DNA of 64,000 nt, taken from contig JACPZX010000067.1 in the NCBI GenBank assembly GCA_016195325.1, forward strand, positions 15,559 to 79,558, in the 5' to 3' direction. Positions 9,585 through 20,051 of the stretch are shown here, piece by piece. Made by a program: the position numbers and the translations under genes. This DNA is from Acidobacteriota bacterium. GTDB lineage: Bacteria > Acidobacteriota > Polarisedimenticolia > JACPZX01. Within the stretch, counting starts at the first letter, position 1, and each line of letters starts with the position of its first letter. Under the pieces are notes generated by a model, which worked only from the letters and a program-made list of their open reading frames with translations, was not told the DNA's origin and searched no databases.

Positions 9585-11126
9585 CTACCAGCGGGGTCCT
9601 GATCCGCGATCGATCACCGCGAGGCGGCGCCCTCCGGGGAGCGCGGCGGGAAGCGGCCCCGATCGCGCGGCGGCGACGAGCGCCGCGCGGGCGGCGAGCT
9701 CCTCGGGAAGAAAGGCGCCGGGCTCGTAGGCGATGAGCGAGAAGGCCCCGGATTCGATCGCGGCGCGGGCGCCTTCGGGAGGCAGAAGGCGCGCGCGGCT
9801 CGCGAGCCGCCCGCCGTCGCACAGCGCCGCCAGGGTGTCGGCCTCGGCGAGCCCCTCGATCCCCGCCGCCCGGACGTAGATCGGCGGGTAGTTCCGCACC
9901 TCGATCGCCACCTCGCGGTTCGCGGCCTCGCGCATCGCCGCGACGGAGCCGAGGGACGGCCGGTAGACGACCGCGAGAGGCCGCTCCGGCTCGACGCGAT
10001 CGGCGGCGGCGCAGAAGCCGTCGCGCACCGTGCGGTGGATCCTCCCGGCCTCGTCGAGGAACGCCTCGTCGTTGCGGACGCCGACGGCGAAGTAGACGCA
10101 GACGAGCGCGAGGAGGGCGGCCGCCGGCCGGCGCCACGCGGGCGCCCGCGCGATCGCGAGATCGAGCGCGGCGGCGACGACGCACGCGGCCCCGAGAAGG
10201 GGAAAGTACCGGTACCGGGGAGGCTGGAACTCGATCAGCATCGTGGGAGCCGTCCCGACGAGCATGACGAGAAGGCCGAACCGCGCGAGCTTCCCCCCGC
10301 GCCACCAGACGAGCGCCCAGACGACGGCGACCGGGACGATGAGCCACGCCGCCGGGGGATCTCCCGCCGGAACACCGAGCGCCGCGAGGTGCGACGCCGC
10401 GAGCCGGCCCACGAAGCCGAGGTCGGCGCGGTAGTAGTTCTGGTGTTCCCCCCGCACGCCGAGGAGGATCGCGGCGTGGGCGGCGTCGATCGCGGCGAGA
10501 AGCGCCGGCCCGGCCCAGCGCGACGGGCGCGCGCGCGAGAGTCCCTCGGGAGTGAAGAGAATGATCCACGCGGCGGCGACAGGCAGCGCCATGACCCCGC
10601 TCTCCTTCGAGAGGACGGCGAAGATCCCCGCCGCGCCGATCGCGGCGAGCCAGCGGGCGCGCCCGGTCGCGAGCCAGCGCCGCTGCGCGGCGAGCGCCAG
10701 GAGGATCCCGGTGATGACGAGGACGTGCGGGCGCCCGCCGAGCCAGAGCACGGCCTCGTCCAGCCGGTAGTGAAGCCCCCACCACGCCGCCCCCCAGAAG
10801 GGGGCGAACCACTCCCCCGAGAGCGCGGAGCGCAGGAGCGCGAAGAGGAGAGCGACGTTGAGCAGGTGGAACGCGAGCCCCGTGAGGTTGTAGATCCACG
10901 GCGCGGTGCCGGCCACCAGCGCGTCGAATCCCGCGGTCGCGTTCATGACGGGGGTGACGAACCCGCTGAAGAGGGAGAAGGCGAGCGAGGGCTCGGCGCG
11001 CACGCGCAGCGCGAAGCGGACCCACTCGAGATCGTCGCCGACGAAATCGTTGTCGAGACCAGGGGCGTACGCCGCCAGGACGCACGCGAGAAGGAACGCC
11101 GCCGCCAGAGTCCGGCGGGAGTTCAA
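9585..11126 (-). CDS. PMT/GT39-like polytopic membrane protein, paralog 2
   Basis: 513 aa. The N-terminus carries the LDNDFVGDD loop motif seen in protein-O-mannosyltransferase-like enzymes. About 10 TM helices plus a C-terminal soluble domain. It overlaps the upstream gene by 4 nt. Confidence 0.55.
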   Translation of the reverse strand: MNSRRTLAAAFLLACVLAAYAPGLDNDFVGDDLEWVRFALRVRAEPSLAFSLFSGFVTPVMNATAGFDALVAGTAPWIYNLTGLAFHLLNVALLFALLRSALSGEWFAPFWGAAWWGLHYRLDEAVLWLGGRPHVLVITGILLALAAQRRWLATGRARWLAAIGAAGIFAVLSKESGVMALPVAAAWIILFTPEGLSRARPSRWAGPALLAAIDAAHAAILLGVRGEHQNYYRADLGFVGRLAASHLAALGVPAGDPPAAWLIVPVAVVWALVWWRGGKLARFGLLVMLVGTAPTMLIEFQPPRYRYFPLLGAACVVAAALDLAIARAPAWRRPAAALLALVCVYFAVGVRNDEAFLDEAGRIHRTVRDGFCAAADRVEPERPLAVVYRPSLGSVAAMREAANREVAIEVRNYPPIYVRAAGIEGLAEADTLAALCDGGRLASRARLLPPEGARAAIESGAFSLIAYEPGAFLPEELAARAALVAAARSGPLPAALPGGRRLAVIDRGSGPRW

Positions 11127-12418
11127 CGGCCGAGAATCTTGCCGCGCAGGATGAGCATCTGGAGGGCGAGCGACGCCTTCTGGCCGAGCCTCTCGAAGGC
11201 CTGCACGTCGAGCGTCCTGAGGTCGTCCTCGTCGCCGCCATCGCCGTAGAGAACGGAGGCGGTCTTGTCCTTGATCTGGATCGGGAGGAGGAAGGCGGAC
11301 TTCGGCATCGACAGGGCCAGATCCTGGTAGAACCTCCGGATCGACGGGAGGGGGGGGACGGGGCCGAGGTAGTGCGGGCGCCCGTCGTCGATGAGCGAGA
11401 AGAGCGAGTCGCGCACGAGCTCGACGTTCATCCCCTTGATGCGTCCCGGGGAGAGGCCTTCACCCGATCCGTCCCACCCGACCGCGCTGTCGCCGCGGAG
11501 GACGAAGAAGGCCCGGCGCACGAAGAACCGGCCGGCGAACGCGAGGGCCGTCTCCGCGACCTCGTCGGGGGTGGTGCACGCGGCGAGCCGCTTCGCCGCC
11601 TCGACCAGCTCCAGCTCGGGAGAGGCTCCCGGCCCCGTCGAGCGCGGGGGGGGGGCGGGCTCGGGAACGGCGGCGCTGACGGCGGTCCCCGGCGGACCTT
11701 TCTTCTCCATCGCGTCGGCGAACTCCCGCCACGATTTTCCGTAGCCGTACTTCTCCCACGGATCGGCGGGACCCCGGGGGTGCGCTTCGGGGGCCGCGGC
11801 CGCGGGAGAGGACGAGGGAGGCGTGGCGACGGTGGGGGGACGCTCGATCATCACGGCGATCCCGGGGTCCGGCTCATGAGGGTCGGATCCGCCGGGGGGC
11901 GGCGCGGGCGCGCCCGGGGGCCGGATCTTCTCGCCGCGCGAGCGCAGGCGGCTCAGCTCGCGCGCGAGCGTGATGTACCTCTGGCTTCTGGGGATGTTGT
12001 AGTACTTCTCGAGGACCTGGAAGATGCGGATCTCGGGGGCGACCCAGGGATCGATCTTGTACCCGGTGACGAACGAGATCTCGTCGAGCGCCATCAGGTT
12101 CTTCGGATCCATCATCGCGAGCTGCAGGACCTTCCCGTCCATCCGGATCGGGACGACCTTGTATTTTTCGACGAGCTTCGCGGGGATGGCGCGGATGACG
12201 GAGTACGGGACGTTCTGGAGGACGTCGTACGAGGCGTACGGGACGTTGAACGCGTGGGCCAGGGTCTCCCCGAGGGTCTCCTCATCGACGTAGCCCAGCT
12301 CGATCAGGCTCGTCCCGAGATGGCCGCCGAAGATGAGCTGAGCCTTCAGAGCCTTCTCGAGCTGCGCCTCGGTGATGCGGCCGTCGTCGGTGAGGACCTC
12401 GCCGAGTTTCCTGGTCAT
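11123..12418 (-). CDS. MshEN (T2SS-E N-terminal domain) protein with Pro-rich linker and C-terminal GAF-like domain; putative c-di-GMP receptor
   Basis: Starts at MTRKLGEVLTDDGRITEAQLEKALKAQLIFGGHLGTSLIELGYVDEETL, which is a GspE_N/MshEN fold. The linker is PPGAPAPPPGG and the C-terminal domain is uncharacterised. Confidence 0.6.
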   Translation of the reverse strand: MTRKLGEVLTDDGRITEAQLEKALKAQLIFGGHLGTSLIELGYVDEETLGETLAHAFNVPYASYDVLQNVPYSVIRAIPAKLVEKYKVVPIRMDGKVLQLAMMDPKNLMALDEISFVTGYKIDPWVAPEIRIFQVLEKYYNIPRSQRYITLARELSRLRSRGEKIRPPGAPAPPPGGSDPHEPDPGIAVMIERPPTVATPPSSSPAAAAPEAHPRGPADPWEKYGYGKSWREFADAMEKKGPPGTAVSAAVPEPAPPPRSTGPGASPELELVEAAKRLAACTTPDEVAETALAFAGRFFVRRAFFVLRGDSAVGWDGSGEGLSPGRIKGMNVELVRDSLFSLIDDGRPHYLGPVPPLPSIRRFYQDLALSMPKSAFLLPIQIKDKTASVLYGDGGDEDDLRTLDVQAFERLGQKASLALQMLILRGKILGR

Positions 12419-12482
12419 CCGTCTCCGTGCGGCCCTGAGGGCTCGGGCCTCAAGGTTCAATATACGGAAGGGCTTGGCCGCG

Positions 12483-13079
12483 TCAAGAAGCAGCGCCCAC
12501 CCGCGATGCGGCGAGCGACGCGAAGTGGCGGTGGACGCGGCCATCCGGCGTCATCTCGGGGTGGAAGGTGCCGGCCATCACGGCCCCGTGCTGGACCAGG
12601 ACCGGCTCACCGCCGTGGCGCGCGAGCACGTCGATTCCGGCCCCCACGCGGACGATTCGAGGCGCGCGGATGAAGACCATCGGGAGCGGGGCGTCGCCGA
12701 AGACCGCGGCGGGGGCTTCCGCCTCGAACGATTCCCTCTGGCGGCCGTAGGCGTTCCGCTCCACGTCGATATCGAGAAAACCCAGAGACGGCTGCTTCGG
12801 GCCGAAGACCTCCCTCGCGATCAGGATCGCCCCCGCGCACGTGCCGAAGATCGCCCCGCCGCGCGCGCGGAAGGCGCGGAGCGGCGGTTCCAGCCGGAGG
12901 TCCGCGATCAGGCGAAGCAGCGTCGTGCTCTCCCCTCCGGGGAGGATCAGCCCGTCGATCGCGTCGAGCTGCGCCGCGTAGCGGACCTCGATCGACTCGA
13001 TTCCCACGCGCGCGAGGGCGGCGACGTGCGCCGCGAAGTCCCCCTGGAGGGCGAGGACGCCTACCTTCGCCGTCACCAT
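12483..13079 (-). CDS. pdxT: pyridoxal 5'-phosphate synthase glutaminase subunit
   Basis: 198 aa. [10 protein letters not shown]...[10 protein letters not shown]...[10 protein letters not shown] are class-I glutamine amidotransferase motifs with a catalytic Cys. Confidence 0.9.
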   Translation of the reverse strand: MVTAKVGVLALQGDFAAHVAALARVGIESIEVRYAAQLDAIDGLILPGGESTTLLRLIADLRLEPPLRAFRARGGAIFGTCAGAILIAREVFGPKQPSLGFLDIDVERNAYGRQRESFEAEAPAAVFGDAPLPMVFIRAPRIVRVGAGIDVLARHGGEPVLVQHGAVMAGTFHPEMTPDGRVHRHFASLAASRVGAAS

Positions 13080-13954
13080 CCCCTCTTCTGCATGAGCTGA
13101 TCCTCCTTGAGCGTCCCGATCTCGATCCCCGGCATCGCCTCGCCGAGGAGGCCGCTCACCTCGACGAGCACCTTCGGATCGTTGAAGTACGTCGTCGCCT
13201 TCACGATCGCCTCGGCCCGGCGCGCCGGATCCTCTGACTTGAATATCCCCGAGCCAACGAAGATCGCCTCGGCGCCCAGCTGCATCATCAGGGAGGCGTC
13301 CGCGGGGGTCGCGATCCCGCCCGCCGCGAAGTTCGGGACGGGAAGCTTCCCCTCCTTCGCCACGAGGCGAACCAGCTCGCAGGGAGCGGCGAGCTCCTTC
13401 GCCTCGGCCATGAGCTCGTCGTCTCCCAGCGTGCGGAGCCTCCGGACCTGCTCGACGACGCGCCGCATGTGGCGGACCGCCTCGACGATGTTCCCGGAGC
13501 CCGCCTCCCCCTTGGTCCGGATCATGGCGGCCCCTTCCCCGATGCGCCTCAGCGCCTCGCCGAGATCGCGCGCGCCGCACACGAAGGGGACCTTGAACGC
13601 GAACTTGTCGACGTGGTGCTTCTCGTCGGCGGGGGTCAGCACCTCGCTCTCGTCGATGTAGTCGACGCCGAGCTCCGCGAGGATCTGCGCCTCGGCGAAG
13701 TGCCCGATGCGGCACTTGGCCATGACGGGGATCGTGACCGCCTTCATGATCTCCCGGATGATCCTGAGGTTCGCCATGCGGGCGACGCCTCCCTGGGCCC
13801 GGATGTCGGCCGGCACCCGCTCGAGGGCCATCACCGCCGAGGCGCCGGCCTTCTCCGCGATGCGGGCCTGATCGGCGTTGACGACGTCCATGATCACGCC
13901 GCCCTTGAGCATCTCGGCGAGCCCCGTCTTGAGCCTCATCGTCCCTTCAGCCAT
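13073..13954 (-). CDS. pdxS: pyridoxal 5'-phosphate synthase lyase subunit
   Basis: 293 aa. [34 protein letters not shown]...[11 protein letters not shown]...GEAGSGN is near-identical in pattern to PdxS/Pdx1. It overlaps pdxT by 7 nt. Confidence 0.95.
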   Translation of the reverse strand: MAEGTMRLKTGLAEMLKGGVIMDVVNADQARIAEKAGASAVMALERVPADIRAQGGVARMANLRIIREIMKAVTIPVMAKCRIGHFAEAQILAELGVDYIDESEVLTPADEKHHVDKFAFKVPFVCGARDLGEALRRIGEGAAMIRTKGEAGSGNIVEAVRHMRRVVEQVRRLRTLGDDELMAEAKELAAPCELVRLVAKEGKLPVPNFAAGGIATPADASLMMQLGAEAIFVGSGIFKSEDPARRAEAIVKATTYFNDPKVLVEVSGLLGEAMPGIEIGTLKEDQLMQKRGW

Positions 13955-14001
13955 CGTGTTCCTCGCTTCCTCTCCGGGGGCGCGCTGGGCGCGCCCCGAG
14001 G

Positions 14002-15534
14002 TCAGATGATCGGGAGCGCGGCGGTCGCCGCCGACGCGGCGGACGTGCGCCGCTCCCGGACTTTCCTGTGGAGTATCGAACCCAGGATCCTGATTCCCTT
14101 GCGAATCTCGGCCGGCTCGGCCTGCGCGTAGACGAGCCTCAGGTTGTTGTGCGTCCCGCCGTCGACGTAGAAGAGATCGCCGCGCCCGACGAAGATGCCC
14201 CTCCCCTGCGCCTCGGTGGCGATCTCGTCGGCATCGAGGCCCGGCGGGAGCGTCACCCAGACGACGAGGCCTCCGGCCGGCCGCGTGAAGCGGGCGGACT
14301 TCGGGAAGTGCTCCGCCATCGCCTCGACCATGGCGTCGCGCCGCGCGCGGTAGATCGCCGCCGCTTTGCGCAGGTGGCGATCGAGATCCCCGCGGCGGCA
14401 GAACTCGTGCACCGCCGCCTGGAGAAGAAGGCTCGTGTTCCAGTCGGTGATCTGCTTGAGGGCGGCGATCCGCTCCGCGGCCTCGCGGGGGGCGGCGAGC
14501 CAGCCGATGCGGATGCCGGGGAAGAGCTTCTTCGCGAACGACCCGAGGTAGATCACCCCGCCTCCGCCGTCGAGCGCCTTGAGCGCGGGGAGTTCCTCCC
14601 CCTCGAACCTGAGGTCGCCGCCGAAATCGTCCTCGAGGACGGGGAGCCGCTGCCGGTTCGCGACGTCGAGGATCGCCCGGCGGCGCGCGAGGCTCATCGT
14701 CCCCGACGTGGGATTCTGGAAGTTGGGGATGATATAGACGAGCTTCGCGCCGCTGCGCGAGACCGCCTCCTCGAGGCGGGCCGGGACCATCCCCTCCTCG
14801 TCCACCGGAACTCCCAGGACGCGCGCGCCGTGACTCTGGAAGACCTGCACGGCTCCGGTGTAGGTCGGGTTCTCCACCGCGACGCGATCCCCCGGGTCGA
14901 GGAGGGCCCTCGCGACGAGATCGATCCCCTGCTGGGAGCCGTTCGTGATCACGACGTCGCGCTCCTCCGCGTCGATCCCGCGGGCCCGCAGCGTCTCGAC
15001 GATCTGCCGGCGCAGCGGGGCGTACCCGCCCGCCGCGCCGTAGCCGAAGAGGCGGCCCCTCTCGCGCCGGACGACCGCGTCGAGCGCGCGGCGGAAGGCG
15101 TCGACCGGGAAGAGGGTGGAGTCGGGGAAGTGGCTCGAGAGGTTGATGGCGCCGTCGGCGGGCGAGGCGTGCAGCGCCGCGGTCGCGCCGGGGACCATCC
15201 CGGAGGCGCGCGTCGCGAAGGCCGAGGACCAGAGCATCCCGCCGTCCACGACCGCGGCCCCGCGGGAGGCCGCGACCCCGGCGGGACCCCTCGGCGGGGG
15301 GTCGAGGATGAAGCTGCCGCGCCCCACGTGGCGGACGAGCCACCCGGACCCGGCGAGTTCCTCGTAGGCCCGGGCCACGGTCATCCGATCCACGCCCAGC
15401 GTGAGGGCCAGCGCCCGCTCCGCGGGGAGCCGGGCGCCGGCGGCGAGGGTCCCGGAGTGAACGGCGCTCCGCACGGCGTCGGCGATCTGGCGCGACAGCG
15501 GAACCCCCGTGGAACGATCGAGTGCGATGTCCAT
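14002..15534 (-). CDS. MocR-family regulator (GntR wHTH + aminotransferase-like domain), PdxR-like
   Basis: N-terminal GntR HTH ([17 protein letters not shown]...[25 protein letters not shown]) fused to a fold-type-I PLP domain ([14 protein letters not shown]). It lies immediately upstream of pdxST on the same strand. The start is ambiguous among 15534, 15588 and 15648. Confidence 0.8.
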   Translation of the reverse strand: MDIALDRSTGVPLSRQIADAVRSAVHSGTLAAGARLPAERALALTLGVDRMTVARAYEELAGSGWLVRHVGRGSFILDPPPRGPAGVAASRGAAVVDGGMLWSSAFATRASGMVPGATAALHASPADGAINLSSHFPDSTLFPVDAFRRALDAVVRRERGRLFGYGAAGGYAPLRRQIVETLRARGIDAEERDVVITNGSQQGIDLVARALLDPGDRVAVENPTYTGAVQVFQSHGARVLGVPVDEEGMVPARLEEAVSRSGAKLVYIIPNFQNPTSGTMSLARRRAILDVANRQRLPVLEDDFGGDLRFEGEELPALKALDGGGGVIYLGSFAKKLFPGIRIGWLAAPREAAERIAALKQITDWNTSLLLQAAVHEFCRRGDLDRHLRKAAAIYRARRDAMVEAMAEHFPKSARFTRPAGGLVVWVTLPPGLDADEIATEAQGRGIFVGRGDLFYVDGGTHNNLRLVYAQAEPAEIRKGIRILGSILHRKVRERRTSAASAATAALPII

Positions 15535-15622
15535 CGCGTGACCCCCGCCCGCGCCCCCGTCGCCGGGTGGACGCAGGAATACCTCCATCCTACGGCAGGT
15601 CATGGCCAAGTCAAGGGAAATA

Positions 15623-15644
15623 TTGGATGAGTGGATGCATCCAA
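15623..15644. promoter_or_regulatory. inverted repeat TTGGATG-N8-CATCCAA in AT-richer MocR/TPR divergent intergenic region (candidate operator)
   Basis: The sequence reads ttggatgagtggatgcatccaa. It is a perfect 7-bp inverted repeat that also contains a GGATG direct repeat. It sits in the only AT-rich stretch upstream of the MocR-family regulator. Confidence 0.3.
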
Positions 15645-15782
15645 TCATCCGGGCCCCCGCGATGCCGGGACGGCATGAAGCCGGCGGCCGTCGCGCACCG
15701 CAGGGAGGGATCGGTTATATTTCGATCGGGACCGCAGGCGACCGCCGGCTCGAGACCAATCACCGGACGAACGAGGACCTTG

Positions 15783-16748
15783 ATGGGCGAGAGGGTTCGG
15801 GGAGGGAGATCGGTTTCCCTTGTCGCGCTCCTCGCGATCCTTCTCGCCGTGCCGGCGGCAGGCGCCCTCGCGCAGGACGACGCCCCGCAGCGCATCGCGA
15901 GCTCCCGGGAGTACCTCGCCTCGGGACGCCTCGACAAGGCCGAGAAGGAGGCCGACCGCGCGCTCGAGATCGATCCCAACAGCGCCGAGGTCCACAAGCT
16001 GCTCTGCGAGATCCGCCGCGTGCAGTCGCGGCGCGACGACGCCGTCAACGAGTGCCGCCGGGCGGCCGAGATCGATCCGTCCCGAGCCGATCTGCGCCTC
16101 GAGCTCGGCGACCTCCTCGCGCAGCGCGAGGACGGCCTGGACGAGGCGATGCGCTCGTACCGCATGGCGGCGGCCACCGACCCGAACAACCCCCGCCCCC
16201 ACGTGAGCCTCGGAAGCCTCTACGAGAGGCGGTCCCGGCTGCAGGAGGCCGAGGCGGAGTACCGCGAGGCGATCGCGCTCAACCCCAACCTGGTGCAGCC
16301 GAACGCCGGGCTCGGCGCCGTGCTCTTCATGACCGACAGGCTCTCCGAGGCGCGCACGTTCCTGTCGAGGGCGATCGAGCTGAAGCCGCGCGATCTCCGC
16401 TCCCACATCTTCCTGGGGCTCTCGCTCAACCACGCCGGGCAGTTCGACCTGGCGCTCCAGGAGCTGCGCACGGCGGCCGCAATCGATCCGCACTCGGCGA
16501 ACGCGGTGACGGGGATCGAGGAGGCGCGCCCGGTCTTCGAGCACCTCCGCGGGCAGTTCGTCGATCAGCTCGAGGCGCGGCCGAAGGAGGCGAGCGCGTG
16601 GCACAACGTCGCCATCGTCGCGTACTACCTGAGGGACTACGAGGGGGCGTGGACGCACATCGTCAAGGCGCAGCAGCTCGGGTACCCGGTCGACCAGGAG
16701 CTCAAGGAAGTCATCTACGCGCGGTGGAAGCGCCTCAGCGACCGGTGA
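15783..16748 (+). CDS. secreted TPR-repeat protein
   Basis: Begins MGERVRGGRSVSLVALLAILLAVPAAGALA with a signal peptide. Then come about 7 TPR-like repeats (AEYREAIALNPNLVQPNAGLGAVL and similar). Confidence 0.65.
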   Translation: MGERVRGGRSVSLVALLAILLAVPAAGALAQDDAPQRIASSREYLASGRLDKAEKEADRALEIDPNSAEVHKLLCEIRRVQSRRDDAVNECRRAAEIDPSRADLRLELGDLLAQREDGLDEAMRSYRMAAATDPNNPRPHVSLGSLYERRSRLQEAEAEYREAIALNPNLVQPNAGLGAVLFMTDRLSEARTFLSRAIELKPRDLRSHIFLGLSLNHAGQFDLALQELRTAAAIDPHSANAVTGIEEARPVFEHLRGQFVDQLEARPKEASAWHNVAIVAYYLRDYEGAWTHIVKAQQLGYPVDQELKEVIYARWKRLSDR

Positions 16749-17643
16749 GAGGCGGCCGCGACCAGTAGTCGCGGCGGGCCCGGCTCTTCAGGAGAAGACG
16801 GCGGCCATCGATGGCCTCCATCCGGACGAGGGCCCTCGCTCCCGATCCCTCGACCCAGTACGTCGCGCGCACCGCGGACGCCTCGCGCAGGACGATCCGG
16901 CGCGCATGGAAGACCCCCGCGGGTACCGCGACGTCCTCCTCCCCCTCCACCGACAGCGTCGCCTCGCGGGAGTCGAGGCCGGAGGCCCCGCCCGCCGTGA
17001 TCGGATCGAGGACCCTGACGCGCGCCGGCGCGCCCGGGACGAGGGCGGCGGCGCGGGCGACGACGAGGAGCTGCTCGTCGAGAAGGGCGCCTCCGCCGAG
17101 ATCCAGCGGCCGCTCCCCGTCTCCCTGCCCGTCGAAGTAGGAGTGGTAGTGAAGGCTCGGGGCCCCGCCCCACGTGACGATCTCCTTGAAGGTGTTCCCG
17201 CACCACTCCTGGATGCCGGCGGTGGCCTTCACGAGCCGGGACACGTCCGCGCGCGCGACGTAGACGGACGTCAGGAAGTGGTAGGTGTAGTTCTCGGTCG
17301 GGATGCCGGCCACGAGGTTCAGCTTCAGCACGGTCGTCAGGGCCCGCCCCTCGTACGGGGGGTCGGCCTTCACGTGCGCGGCGTCCGAGAAGTCCTCCTT
17401 CACCAGGATCGCCGTGAGCTCGTGATCGCGCGCGGCGCCGTAGATCGTCCGCTGCGCGGCGTACGTCGCGACCTCCGCCAGGCCGTCGTCCCAGATCGGA
17501 TCGGCCGCGAACGAGGGATCGATCGGCACCCCCGGGGTGCCCCCCGCAGCGGCTGCCGGGAGGCGGACCGTCGCCGCGGCGGCGACGGCGAGGGCCGCGG
17601 CGATCGCCGCGAGAGGATGCGCGCTCCGGCCGGCCCGCCTCAC
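16735..17643 (-). CDS. hypothetical secreted protein
   Basis: 302 aa with a signal peptide (AAIAAALAVAAAATV). No recognisable motif. It overlaps the TPR gene convergently by 14 nt. Confidence 0.45.
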   Translation of the reverse strand: MRRAGRSAHPLAAIAAALAVAAAATVRLPAAAAGGTPGVPIDPSFAADPIWDDGLAEVATYAAQRTIYGAARDHELTAILVKEDFSDAAHVKADPPYEGRALTTVLKLNLVAGIPTENYTYHFLTSVYVARADVSRLVKATAGIQEWCGNTFKEIVTWGGAPSLHYHSYFDGQGDGERPLDLGGGALLDEQLLVVARAAALVPGAPARVRVLDPITAGGASGLDSREATLSVEGEEDVAVPAGVFHARRIVLREASAVRATYWVEGSGARALVRMEAIDGRRLLLKSRARRDYWSRPPLTGR

Positions 17644-17653
17644 CGTCTCCCCT

Positions 17654-18832
17654 TCAATCCACCTGGAGCAGCGCGAATTTGAGGTAGCGCGTCTCCGGCA
17701 TCGCCGGGAGGATCGGGTGATCCGGCGATTGCGAGCGCCATTCGATCAGGCGCAGCGAGCGGTCGACGCCCTGCGCCGATTCCTTCACGCACTCGAGAAA
17801 GGTCTCGTCGGTGACGTGATGCGAGCAGGAGGCCGTCGCGAGGAACCCCTCCCTCGCCAGGAGTCGCATCGCGCGGCGGTTGACGTCGACGTACCCGCGC
17901 TTCGCCTCCGCGACGTTCTTCTTCGAGCGCGTGAAGGACGGAGGATCGACGACCACGACGTCGAACTTCTCGCCGGCGTCGTAGAGCGCCTTCATGGCCT
18001 CCGGGGCATCGGCCGCCTCGAACCGCGAGCTCGCCGCCAGGCCGTTGATCTCCGCGTTGCGCCGCGCGCGGGAGGCGGCTTCCTCGGAGACATCCACGCC
18101 CAGCACCTCGCGGGCGCCGGCGCGCGCGGCGTGGAGCGCGAAGGCCCCGTCGTGGCAGTAGAGGTCGAGGACGCGCGAGCCCTTCGCGACCCGGCGCACC
18201 GCCTGGCGGTTCTCGCGCTGATCGTAGAAGAAGCCCGTCTTGTGCCCCCGGAGGACGTCCACCTCGAACGCGACGTCCCCCTCGTGAATCGTCACCGGCC
18301 CGGGCGGCGTCCCCCGCAGGAGGCCGGCCGAGCGCGGCAGCCCCTCGTAGTCGCGCAGGGCCGATTCGTTGCGCTCGACGATCGCGCGCGCACGGAAGAT
18401 CTCCTCGAGCACGTCGCAGATCGTCTCCTTCACGAGGTCCATCCCCAGCGCGAGCGTCTGGAGCACGAGGGTGTCCGCGTACCTGTCGACGATCAGGCCG
18501 GGGAGCCCGTCCGACTCGCCGTGCACGACCCGGCAGCCGTCGGCGCCTGGGTACAGGCGCTCCCGCAGCGCCTGCGCCTTGCGGATCCGCTCGACGAGGA
18601 AGGGGTGGTCGACGACGCTGCGGCGCCGCGAGAAGATGCGGACGGCGATGAGGCTCTTCGGGTTGAAGAGGCCGTAGCCGACGAGCTTCCCCTCCGCCCG
18701 CGTGACCGCGACGACGCTCCCGGCCAGCGGGTCCCCCTCGATGCGCTCGATCTCGTTGCTGAAGACCCATGCGTGGCCGGCGAGGATCCGCTTCTCCTCG
18801 CGCCGGCGGAGCACGATCTGCCCCTGCGTCAC
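17654..18832 (-). CDS. rlmI: 23S rRNA (cytosine-C5) methyltransferase RlmI-like (PUA + class I SAM MTase)
   Basis: GTG start gives VTQGQIVLRRREEKRILAGHAWVFSNEI, the RlmI N-terminal PUA signature. It also has DLYCHDGAFAL and VVVDPPSF SAM-binding motifs. Confidence 0.8.
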   Translation of the reverse strand: MTQGQIVLRRREEKRILAGHAWVFSNEIERIEGDPLAGSVVAVTRAEGKLVGYGLFNPKSLIAVRIFSRRRSVVDHPFLVERIRKAQALRERLYPGADGCRVVHGESDGLPGLIVDRYADTLVLQTLALGMDLVKETICDVLEEIFRARAIVERNESALRDYEGLPRSAGLLRGTPPGPVTIHEGDVAFEVDVLRGHKTGFFYDQRENRQAVRRVAKGSRVLDLYCHDGAFALHAARAGAREVLGVDVSEEAASRARRNAEINGLAASSRFEAADAPEAMKALYDAGEKFDVVVVDPPSFTRSKKNVAEAKRGYVDVNRRAMRLLAREGFLATASCSHHVTDETFLECVKESAQGVDRSLRLIEWRSQSPDHPILPAMPETRYLKFALLQVD

Positions 18833-18852
18833 GGCCGCGGCCGTCGCGGCGC

Positions 18853-20019
18853 TCAGACGGACCTCTGGGGCGCCGCGGCCCGGCGCCTGAGGTACGCGGG
18901 AACGTAGAGCGCGGCGATCAGCGCCAGGGCGGCCGCCGCGGTGTTGAAGGGCCAGCCCGGGCCGTACGCGTAGACCGCGCCCGCCGCCAGCGGCCCGAGA
19001 ACGCGGCCGAGCGAGTCCATCGAGTCGAGGATTCCCATGGAGGCTCCGTGGCCGTACGGCGTCCTCTTCGAGATGAGCGACGAGTTGGTCGGCCGGATGA
19101 TCTGGTTGCCGACCCCGGCGGCGATGAGAGTGGCCGTCACGGACGTCGCTCCCGAAGCCCGCGCGAGCAGGAGGCAGCCCAGGATGTTGAGGCCGAGACC
19201 GGCGACGAGAATCGTCTCCTCGCCGAAGGCGTTGATGAGCCGGCCGAGCGCGCCCCCCTGCAGCGCGATGAGGATGACTCCGAGAATGGTGAACATGCGC
19301 CCCATCGCCGACGCACCGAGGCCGAGCGTGTCGGCGATGAACTGAGGGAAGGTCGTCTCGATGGCCGCCATGGCGAAGCTGACGAAGAACGCGAGAACGA
19401 AGAACGACCCGAGGGGGCCGAGCATCGCCTCCCTGATGGGGACCGAGACGCGCGCGGCGCGCTTGTGATCGGGCGGCTCCTCGACGAGGAGCGCGGCCAG
19501 CGCGGCGGTCACGAGGGTCAGCGCCCCGGCGACGAGGAACGGGACGTCGTGGCCGAAGCGGCTCAGCTCTCCACCGATCGCCGGCCCGAAGGTGAACCCG
19601 AGGCCGATCGAGGCGCCGACCCACGCCATCCCCGCCCCGCGCGATTTCTCGTCGGTGACGTCGGCGACGTACGCCATCGCCGTCGGCAGCGCCGCCGAGG
19701 CGAGCGCCCCGGACAGGAGGCGCGCCGCGAAGAGAACGGTGAGGCTCCAGGCCAGCCCGAAGAGGACGAACGAGACCCCCGCCCCGGCAAGTCCCAGCAC
19801 GAGGATCGGCTTGCGGCCGAACCGATCGGAGAGCCCACCCCACCAGGGACACAGGAGGAACTGCATGACCGAGTACGAGGCCATGAGCAGCCCCACCTGG
19901 AAGGGGGTGGCGTTGAAGTCCCGGGCGTAGTACGCGAGGTTCGGGATGATGATGCCGAACCCCAGAATCGTCAGGAAGACGGTGAAGTAGAGGACGGCGA
20001 GCGCGCGCTTGCGTGGCAT
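18853..20019 (-). CDS. MFS transporter
   Basis: 388 aa with 12 predicted TM segments. GGLSDRFGRKPIL is the MFS motif A. Confidence 0.8.
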   Translation of the reverse strand: MPRKRALAVLYFTVFLTILGFGIIIPNLAYYARDFNATPFQVGLLMASYSVMQFLLCPWWGGLSDRFGRKPILVLGLAGAGVSFVLFGLAWSLTVLFAARLLSGALASAALPTAMAYVADVTDEKSRGAGMAWVGASIGLGFTFGPAIGGELSRFGHDVPFLVAGALTLVTAALAALLVEEPPDHKRAARVSVPIREAMLGPLGSFFVLAFFVSFAMAAIETTFPQFIADTLGLGASAMGRMFTILGVILIALQGGALGRLINAFGEETILVAGLGLNILGCLLLARASGATSVTATLIAAGVGNQIIRPTNSSLISKRTPYGHGASMGILDSMDSLGRVLGPLAAGAVYAYGPGWPFNTAAAALALIAALYVPAYLRRRAAAPQRSV

Positions 20020-20051
20020 GCGGCGATGTTAGGGACTGCGGTCGGGCGATG

